A stretch of DNA of 64,000 nucleotides from a virus, in IMG/VR virus record IMGVR_UViG_3300046007_012472, positions 1 to 64,000 of that record; one strand, 5' to 3'. The notes beneath the pieces were generated by a model, which did no database searches, was not told the origin of the DNA, and saw only the letters and a program-made list of their open reading frames with translations. How positions within the stretch are numbered: the stretch's first letter is position 1; each line of letters starts with the position of its first letter. Position numbers and translations under genes: made by a program. Of this stretch, positions 1-5,807 are shown piece after piece.

Positions 1-2
1 CA

Positions 3-371
3 AACCTGCTACTATCAACTATGAGCGGGCATCCATGCACACGATGGGTAATGGAAAGCCGACAGAATTATGAATGGTTGTTTGTCCACGGTTATGAACT
101 TTGTCTTGAGTATACTCGTCGTTACGAAAAGACTCATAAGCTTCAAAATCTTTATATTGACCTGCTTCACGACTTCCCTTCTAACATTCGTGATCTTGGT
201 CTTACCACTTTTGCTCAAGCCATGCCAGATCAATACAAGAATCTTGATGCCGTGACTGCATATCGTAATTATTATGTTTTTGAAAAGGCACGATTCGCAA
301 AATGGAAGAACGGCAAGATTCCAGAGTGGTATGTTGACATGCTCAATCCAACTGCTATAATGGTAGCATAG
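3..371 (+). CDS. pyrimidine-dimer DNA glycosylase (DenV-related) family protein, 5' truncated by window edge
   Basis: HPCTRWV...NYEWL...LCLEYTRRYEKTH and FAQAMPDQYK..DAVTAYRNYY motifs; frame open to window start. Confidence 0.75.
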   Translation, partial: NLLLSTMSGHPCTRWVMESRQNYEWLFVHGYELCLEYTRRYEKTHKLQNLYIDLLHDFPSNIRDLGLTTFAQAMPDQYKNLDAVTAYRNYYVFEKARFAKWKNGKIPEWYVDMLNPTAIMVA

Positions 372-377
372 AACATC

Positions 378-451
378 GCCTCTGTAGCTCAGTCTGGTAG
401 AGCTGAAGACTTTTAATCTTTAGGTCATAGGTTCGAATCCTATCGGAGGCA
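378..451 (+). tRNA. tRNA-Lys(UUU)
   Basis: Cloverleaf; anticodon arm GAAGA-CTTTTAA-TCTTT; GGTTCGAATCC T arm; CCA not encoded. Confidence 0.95.
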
Positions 452-455
452 TTTT

Positions 456-528
456 GGCTCGGTAGACCAACGGCAGAGTCAGTGGACTCAAAATCCATAC
501 AGTGTGGGTTCGAATCCCACCCGGGCTA
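456..528 (+). tRNA. tRNA-Leu(CAA), short variable loop
   Basis: Anticodon arm GTGGA-CTCAAAA-TCCAT; T arm GTGGG-TTCGAAT-CCCAC; acceptor GGCTCGG/CCGGGCT. Confidence 0.9.
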
Positions 529-550
529 TTTACATTTTTTCTCACGAATT

Positions 551-580
551 GGGTCCAATAAAATTGGACCCTTTTCTTTT
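551..580 (+). terminator. intrinsic terminator after the tRNA pair
   Basis: GGGTCCAAT-AAA-ATTGGACCC hairpin followed by TTTTCTTTT. Confidence 0.8.
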
Positions 581-586
581 GGTAAT

Positions 587-670
587 AAAACCGGGAGGAC
601 CAACCTCCCGGCTCGCCAAGGCGGATAGATCACCTCCGACTTGTAGCCCAAATGGGCGGGGTGCCTCGGC
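587..670 (-). ncRNA. putative late small RNA antisense to the 16S rRNA 3' end (h45/anti-SD)
   Basis: TAAATA (676-681, minus) ends 5 nt before a G start; closing stem GCCGAGG/CCUUGGC; contains GGAGGUGAUCUAUCCGC; ends in CCGGGAGG/CCUCCCGG hairpin + UUUU. Confidence 0.7.
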
Positions 671-675
671 AATGA

Positions 676-692
676 TATTTATTACATAAATA
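676..692. promoter_or_regulatory. back-to-back T4-type late promoters
   Basis: AATAAATA on minus (676-683) and CATAAATA on plus (685-692); T4 gp55 consensus is TATAAATA. Confidence 0.65.
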
Positions 693-701
693 TTAAATGC
701 C

Positions 702-1670
702 ATGGATGCAATCTCTGAAGATTTAAAACGCTGGTTTAAGGAAAGGTGGGTGGATATTTCCCGGAAAGACAAGTCCGGGAAACACCCACCCTGTGGGCGT
801 AAGAAGTCTTCCAAGAAGGGCTACCCCAAATGCCGTCCTTCCGTCCGGGTGAGCTCAGAGACCCCGGAAACGACCGGAGAGATGTCCGGGTCGGAGAAGA
901 AGGCTGCGGTGCGTCAGAAACGCTCTGCGGAGGCTAAAAAGAAAAGAAAAGGAAAGAAGCCTATCATGACTTCACATCATAATATCAAAGAAGAATATCT
1001 TGAAGAAAAGAATGTTCCGACCAATAAAAAACTTTATTCAGCAGTAAAAGCACAAGCAAAGAAAAAATTCAAGGTCTATCCATCTGCATATGCAAATGCA
1101 TGGCTTGTCAAAACATACAAAGCTAGAGGTGGAGGATACAGATCCGTAAATGAGGCACACGATATGGGCGATTATAAAAAAGAAGCCATCGACATGGCAA
1201 TGTCAGAACTGATGAAAACCCAAAAATATGCAGGAGAGCTTTTGGGTATCATGAAAAAAGCAAAAAATGTTGAACCTTGGATACAAGGAAAAATTACCAC
1301 AATAGGTGATTATATTGGTACAATAAAACATTATCTTGAATATAGACATTCAAAATATGGAAAAATTATTGAATCAATAATGGAAGGCAAAAAAGACATG
1401 CCTTGCAACAAACCCCGCCCTTCCACCAGTGCCGGTAAGAAGATGATGGTAAAGGCATGCGAAAATGGCAAAGAAAAAATCGTACATTTTGGTGCTAAAG
1501 GATATGGACACAACTACAGTGCCGCCGCCCGCAAGTCATTCAAGGCTCGCCACAAGTGTTCAGAGAAAAAGAGTAAACTCTCTGCTCAATATTGGGCATG
1601 CAAAAAACTTTGGGCTGGTAAAGGTGGCTCCAAGTCTTCGTGCCCACCGGGAAGAAAATGTAAGTATTGA
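702..1670 (+). CDS. basic modular late protein of T4-like phages (possible internal head protein)
   Basis: Lys-rich modules DLKRWFKERWVDI..PCGR, VYPSAYANAW, EPWIQGKIT, KIVHFGAKG..SFKARHKC separated by xxE motifs; late promoter upstream. Confidence 0.7.
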   Translation: MDAISEDLKRWFKERWVDISRKDKSGKHPPCGRKKSSKKGYPKCRPSVRVSSETPETTGEMSGSEKKAAVRQKRSAEAKKKRKGKKPIMTSHHNIKEEYLEEKNVPTNKKLYSAVKAQAKKKFKVYPSAYANAWLVKTYKARGGGYRSVNEAHDMGDYKKEAIDMAMSELMKTQKYAGELLGIMKKAKNVEPWIQGKITTIGDYIGTIKHYLEYRHSKYGKIIESIMEGKKDMPCNKPRPSTSAGKKMMVKACENGKEKIVHFGAKGYGHNYSAAARKSFKARHKCSEKKSKLSAQYWACKKLWAGKGGSKSSCPPGRKCKY

Positions 1671-1691
1671 GAAGATTCTTGACTTGACATC

Positions 1692-1719
1692 TTGACTTCC
1701 AGTTTGAATCTGATACAAT
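1692..1719 (+). promoter_or_regulatory. sigma70-type early promoter
   Basis: TTGACT-N16-TACAAT with TGn extended -10. Confidence 0.75.
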
Positions 1720-1730
1720 AGAATCATCGT

Positions 1731-1782
1731 GAGCGATTGAGATCACAGACATCGGATTCACTCGCTTTTCTTTGTCGATGTC
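1731..1782 (+). promoter_or_regulatory. 5' UTR H-type pseudoknot candidate abutting the RBS
   Basis: Stem GAGCGA.TGA/TCA.TCGCTT; loop GACATCG (1748-1754) pairs with CGATGTC (1776-1782) directly before AGAAGGA. Confidence 0.5.
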
Positions 1783-1797
1783 AGAAGGATTTATGTT

Positions 1798-2091
1798 ATG
1801 GCCAATACAATGTCCAAGACTCGTAAGGTAATTAATTTCCTTTCGAGCGGTAAGAGCCTCACCGCTGCGCAGGCTCGCGCTCGCTTCGGGGTGCAGAATC
1901 TCCGTGCGACGATCAGCAACATTCGTGAGATGGTTGAGGAATATGGTAACTGGGAAGTCGTTGCTTCGAAGAATGCTTCGGGTAACACCTCTTACACCAT
2001 GGTCGATACCCACCCGGGTCGTCGTACCTATCGCTTCAACGCAGACGGTACTCGTACTCGCGCTAGTCGTGCTAGCCGTTCATCTCGATAA
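1798..2091 (+). CDS. small basic winged helix-turn-helix protein
   Basis: KVINFLSSGKSLTAAQARARFGVQNLRATISNIR HTH pattern; RBS AAGGA. Confidence 0.75.
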   Translation: MANTMSKTRKVINFLSSGKSLTAAQARARFGVQNLRATISNIREMVEEYGNWEVVASKNASGNTSYTMVDTHPGRRTYRFNADGTRTRASRASRSSR

Positions 2092-2105
2092 TTTGTCCTT
2101 GTGGA

Positions 2106-2137
2106 CATGTTGGGGTAAAACCCAACATGCTCTTTTT
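2106..2137 (+). terminator. intrinsic terminator
   Basis: CATGTTGGG-GTAAAA-CCCAACATG then CTCTTTTT. Confidence 0.75.
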
Positions 2138-2163
2138 AATCTACATATGTTGGAGGTTTAATT

Positions 2164-2394
2164 ATGGGTAAACTATATTATTCCAAAGCAATTGTAGACG
2201 GTAGATGTGTCGATCTTCTCTTGAGTGAAGATGAAATGGAAACAGCGGCAGAAAGAGCTCTGGACAATCCAGAAATTGTTGTTTCTTTTCCTGAATCTCA
2301 TGGAAGTTGTTGGAGTGCCGAAAAGCCTCCAAAGTGTAGTTTTTGGTCTCGTCTTATGAACAAGTGCTGTGAATGCAGCAAGAAAGAAGGTTAA
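2164..2394 (+). CDS. hypothetical protein, Cys-rich C-terminus
   Basis: 76 aa ORF with GGAGG RBS. Confidence 0.7.
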   Translation: MGKLYYSKAIVDGRCVDLLLSEDEMETAAERALDNPEIVVSFPESHGSCWSAEKPPKCSFWSRLMNKCCECSKKEG

Positions 2395-2396
2395 TC

Positions 2397-2702
2397 ATGG
2401 CTGTGAAGCTTATTCGTCTTACTACGGGCGAGGAAATTCTCGCGAAGGCTGAAGCCAACCCCACGGGTTGGACTCTCAAGGATCCTGCTATTATCGTTCC
2501 GGTCGGACAAGGAAAGCTTGGGTTTGCCAAGTGGCTTCCTTATGCTCAAACCGAAAAGGGTGTGGAGATTCCATCAAACTTTGTGATGTTCCATCTTGAC
2601 CCTGATCCTGATCTTGTGTCTCAATACACTAGCATGGTCACTGGTCTTGTAGTTCCCGGTCCAGCAGCAACACCACAATTCCGTATCGCAGGAGCAGACT
2701 GA
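2397..2702 (+). CDS. conserved T4-like phage protein (Sm-like fold candidate)
   Basis: VKLIRLTTGEEILAK...LKDP...WLPYA pattern common in T4-like phages. Confidence 0.7.
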   Translation: MAVKLIRLTTGEEILAKAEANPTGWTLKDPAIIVPVGQGKLGFAKWLPYAQTEKGVEIPSNFVMFHLDPDPDLVSQYTSMVTGLVVPGPAATPQFRIAGAD

Positions 2703-2719
2703 ACCTAAAGAGGTCCCCA

Positions 2720-3106
2720 GTGACTTCCGATAAAGTTCGTAAATACATTGATATGGCATATCCGATCTGCTTGGATATCGAGCGGCAAAAAAAGCATGTC
2801 TCGATTATCCTTCACAAGAAGCGAGTCGTTGGAGTAGGCACGAATTCCTTTGGCTCTACTCATCCGAAGGCTAAGCAGATCGGATATCCATACGATGAGA
2901 TGCATAGCGAATTAAATGCTCTTCTTCGCGTGGACAAGGGACTTCTCAAGAAGCGACCGAAGCTTGACTTGATCAATGTCCGGTTTAACCGTTTTGGTGA
3001 ATTGAGAATGTCCCGTCCATGCGATAAGTGCATGCCGTGGTGTGAAGCCTTGTTCCGTACTATATGGTATACTACTGATGAAGGTATCTTCAAGTTGAAA
3101 GAATGA
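2720..3106 (+). CDS. zinc-dependent cytidine/dCMP deaminase-fold protein
   Basis: HSE and SRPCDKC zinc/catalytic motifs; GTG start with GAGG RBS. Confidence 0.8.
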   Translation: MTSDKVRKYIDMAYPICLDIERQKKHVSIILHKKRVVGVGTNSFGSTHPKAKQIGYPYDEMHSELNALLRVDKGLLKKRPKLDLINVRFNRFGELRMSRPCDKCMPWCEALFRTIWYTTDEGIFKLKE

Positions 3107-3122
3107 TTACATAAATAAAAAT

Positions 3123-3446
3123 ATGAAATCATTCAAAGCATTTATTCTAGAACAAGATTCTCCTTTTTGGTGGATGAGAATGGCTATGGGTCAAGGAGAA
3201 TATTCGGCACAACCATTTAGAACACTTGCACCTCAAAACTCATATACCTATGATGGTGGTGTAGAAGTTGCAAGTTCTCGACCCGCAAATGTACAACCTG
3301 CAAGAGTACAACCTGCAAGAACCCAACCGGCAACACATTCGCCCGCTTCGACCAGAGTATCAAGTGAAATTAATTCATCAAATTTAGAATCATCAGAAGG
3401 CCAAACTGATAAATTTAAAAGAACGACAGCATTCGAAACAAGATAA
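3123..3446 (+). CDS. late hypothetical protein, possible internal head protein
   Basis: TAAATA 5 nt before ATG; MKSFKAFILE N-terminus; VQPAR repeats. Confidence 0.65.
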   Translation: MKSFKAFILEQDSPFWWMRMAMGQGEYSAQPFRTLAPQNSYTYDGGVEVASSRPANVQPARVQPARTQPATHSPASTRVSSEINSSNLESSEGQTDKFKRTTAFETR

Positions 3447-3463
3447 ATTTATGGAGATATATT

Positions 3464-3619
3464 ATGATTGAAGAAGGCGCGAGAGTTATTATTGTCGAAA
3501 GTCGAGAAAGTGGAATCGTTGAATCTAAGGCAGGGGAGCATGATTATCGTATTCGTCTTGCCGATGGTTCTTTGGTTGTTTTGCATGAAGACGAAATTCT
3601 TCGTTTTTTGAGAGACTGA
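3464..3619 (+). CDS. 51 aa hypothetical protein (not in ORF track)
   Basis: MIEEGARVIIVESRESGIVE...LRFLRD; GGAG RBS; fills gap between neighbours. Confidence 0.65.
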   Translation: MIEEGARVIIVESRESGIVESKAGEHDYRIRLADGSLVVLHEDEILRFLRD

Positions 3620-3620
3620 T

Positions 3621-3872
3621 ATGTTCCGATTGTTCATCGATATTCCGATCTCCGCAATCAACACGGAGCATGCTGTTGAACAAGCTCAAGGTCTTGTCAA
3701 CAAAATGATTCTTAATGATGATATGCAACAGCACTTCAAGTCTGTAAATATCGAGCAAGTTAATTATCGTCTTGGTCATGATGAGGATCGACAAAAGTCA
3801 AATTACTTCATGATTGATGATAATGGTCATTGTTCAACAAAGAAGACAAAAGTGACAATTGCTGTTGAATAG
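3621..3872 (+). CDS. hypothetical protein
   Basis: 83 aa ORF in operon; VNYRLGHDEDRQKSNY. Confidence 0.7.
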   Translation: MFRLFIDIPISAINTEHAVEQAQGLVNKMILNDDMQQHFKSVNIEQVNYRLGHDEDRQKSNYFMIDDNGHCSTKKTKVTIAVE

Positions 3873-3940
3873 GGATTGGTGTAACGGTAGCACCTTTGAC
3901 TTTGGATCAAATTGTCTAGGTTCGAATCCTAGATCCCTAG
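3870..3940 (+). tRNA. tRNA-Gln(UUG)
   Basis: Anticodon arm TTTGA-CTTTGGA-TCAAA; acceptor TAGGGAT/ATCCCTA; starts on the TAG stop of the upstream ORF. Confidence 0.92.
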
Positions 3941-4249
3941 TTATAAATTACTAGTGATATGATGTAATTTAGCTTGTAATTCTCTTAACTTTTCAGCATG
4001 AAAATTTTGATAAGATCCAGAAGTTAATCTGGAAGTGTCTCCACTTGCCATTCCCCATCCTTGTAACTGTGATGTATGATGAGAAATTTGTTGTCTTAGG
4101 TAATCAACATGCAAATCTACTATTTTAGGATCGCTTCCTCTATACAATTTTCCTTTAATTGGATTTGCTTCTAAAGGTGGCAAATCTTCTTGAGGGGTTT
4201 CTAATGCCTCTCTTAGAGCAGTTTTTATTATGTCTAATCTGGATCTCAT
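3941..4249 (-). CDS. late hypothetical protein
   Basis: TATAAATA at 4268-4275 (minus) and AAGGA RBS upstream. Confidence 0.65.
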   Translation of the reverse strand: MRSRLDIIKTALREALETPQEDLPPLEANPIKGKLYRGSDPKIVDLHVDYLRQQISHHTSQLQGWGMASGDTSRLTSGSYQNFHAEKLRELQAKLHHITSNL

Positions 4250-4281
4250 GCGTAAATTCCTTTTAAATATTTATATAACAG

Positions 4282-4309
4282 TTGACATCTGAATATTCTC
4301 TGGTATAAT
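4282..4309 (+). promoter_or_regulatory. sigma70-type early promoter
   Basis: TTGACA-N16-TATAAT with TGn. Confidence 0.85.
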
Positions 4310-4341
4310 ATGGATGTTGGGACGGGAGTGTTGAATTTGAC

Positions 4342-4412
4342 GCGCCGAGGGCGGACAGTTTCGCAGGGGTGCTTATAACACCCTCAAGCCCGGGCAGCAC
4401 GGGATCGGCGTA
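4342..4412 (+). tRNA. non-canonical tRNA-Ile(UAU)-like element
   Basis: Acceptor GCGCCGA/TCGGCGT + A; D stem GCGG/TCGC; anticodon arm GGGTG-CTTATAA-CACCC; T arm CCCG-GGCAGCA-CGGG without TTC. Confidence 0.7.
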
Positions 4413-4417
4413 TTCTT

Positions 4418-4681
4418 ATGAAAAAGTATTATGCAATCGACGCAGGAAACGAGAATTACCTAAGTGATACGATATATCAAGACAACTCTGCTCGGACTGG
4501 CACTCTGCTTTATTCTAAAAAGTCAGATGCTCTTGAATGTCTTGAAGAGATGGAAAGCATCTGCAAGTATATGAAACGCAAGAGTACATACAGCATGAAT
4601 AAAGTTCAAACGATGGATGGTCCTGTGATTGTAGACGGAGTATGGCATGAACGACTCAAGGGAAACTCGAAATCTAATTGA
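4418..4681 (+). CDS. hypothetical protein
   Basis: 87 aa ORF between the tRNA-like element and the methyltransferase. Confidence 0.6.
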   Translation: MKKYYAIDAGNENYLSDTIYQDNSARTGTLLYSKKSDALECLEEMESICKYMKRKSTYSMNKVQTMDGPVIVDGVWHERLKGNSKSN

Positions 4682-5189
4682 TCATTATCACTATTGGAAT
4701 CATGATGCTATTCTCGCTGAACTTGATTCTCGCAGGCATAATTTTAGCGTTCTTTGTTGCAATCTTTACAATGACTTTAATATTGCAAGCGTTATACGGA
4801 ATGCAAACGCTTTTCTCGCTTCCGAAGTATTACTATATGGGTCCAAGCAGTTTGACCGCAGGGGCACGGTTGGAACCCATCATTACACTCGATTCCGACA
4901 CCTACCTTCGTATGACGATGTGCGAGCGTACTTGTCAGATAAATTCGTGGTCGGAATCGATAATGTTCCCGACTCGAAGCCTATCGATGAATTCGATTGG
5001 CCTACCGATAAGCATGTTGTGATGGTCATGGGGCAGGAACAGGTGGGTGTTCCTATGGAGATTCTTGACATCTGTGATGTCACTCTTTATATTAAACAAT
5101 ACGGTTCTGTACGAAGCCTTAATGTAGCATGTGCGAGTTCAGTTGCTATGTACGATTATTGTAGTAAAACGATAAAATCAGGTGTTTAA
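4647..5189 (+). CDS. SpoU/TrmH-family SPOUT RNA 2'-O-methyltransferase
   Basis: NIASVIRNANAF motif 1, VMGQEQVGV motif 2, IKQYGSVRSLNVACA motif 3. Confidence 0.92.
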   Translation: MNDSRETRNLIDHYHYWNHDAILAELDSRRHNFSVLCCNLYNDFNIASVIRNANAFLASEVLLYGSKQFDRRGTVGTHHYTRFRHLPSYDDVRAYLSDKFVVGIDNVPDSKPIDEFDWPTDKHVVMVMGQEQVGVPMEILDICDVTLYIKQYGSVRSLNVACASSVAMYDYCSKTIKSGV

Positions 5190-5624
5190 TTCTGGATTTT
5201 CTTTTTGCTGACGGTCAAGCCATGCTCTTCCTTTATCTGGTTTTCTTGTATTTTGTGCTTCTCTTTGTTGTGCATCATCTACGCGAACATCTCTTTGTCT
5301 TAATTCTTTTTTGATTGTATGCATAGTATGATGAAATCCACTGAAACCACCTATTTGTTGTTGGTGGTCGTGTATTTGTTTTAATGCATCTCTATGTCTT
5401 TTTATTCCACTACTAGTGCTTATTACAGTTATGTGCTCACCAGTTTTTGGGTGATGTATTTGGATATGTCCACTTTTTCTTTTTCCTTGACCACGATTAA
5501 TAATATAACCCAATAATATGGCTAATTTTTTAATTTGTTCAGGAGCATCGTGATCTGTATGATTTATACCATACAGATATTTCTGTTGACTTTCCTCATT
5601 TAAAAACTGTAAAAATGTTAGCAT
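5178..5624 (-). CDS. late protein with HicA-like motif
   Basis: TATAAATA 5 nt before ATG; MLTFLQFLNE N-terminus; LGY...KSGHIQIHHPKTGEHITV. Confidence 0.6.
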   Translation of the reverse strand: MLTFLQFLNEESQQKYLYGINHTDHDAPEQIKKLAILLGYIINRGQGKRKSGHIQIHHPKTGEHITVISTSSGIKRHRDALKQIHDHQQQIGGFSGFHHTMHTIKKELRQRDVRVDDAQQREAQNTRKPDKGRAWLDRQQKENPELNT

Positions 5625-5669
5625 ATTAGTATTTATATGCCACACCTAAATATGGATAGAGGTTTTATT

Positions 5670-5807
5670 ATGTCAAGAAAACATGATGCCGGTAAGGGAG
5701 ATACATATAGAAAAGTAGACTATAAAAAATGGTCAGAAAATTGGGATAAAATTTTCTCAAAGAAAAGGAAAAAAAATGCCAACACAAATAACCCACGCAG
5801 CAAATAA
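5670..5807 (+). CDS. 45 aa conserved small phage protein (not in ORF track)
   Basis: MSRKHDAGKGDTYRKVDYKKWSENWDKIF; CTAAATA and GAGG upstream. Confidence 0.65.
   Translation: MSRKHDAGKGDTYRKVDYKKWSENWDKIFSKKRKKNANTNNPRSK

Noticed and set aside
529-680. tRNA-associated HDV-like (theta) ribozyme
   Set aside because: The structured element is separated from the tRNA by a terminator, appears to be on the opposite strand, and I could not build the nested double pseudoknot.
542-814. 90-aa minus-strand ORF and the 25-codon TTG ORF after the strong SD
   Set aside because: Overlaps the real plus-strand gene, crosses two terminator hairpins and has no protein-like features; better explained as ncRNA.
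1748-1782. TCGATGTC match to the 23S peptidyl-transferase loop
   Set aside because: 7-8 nt only and explained by the internal pseudoknot pairing.
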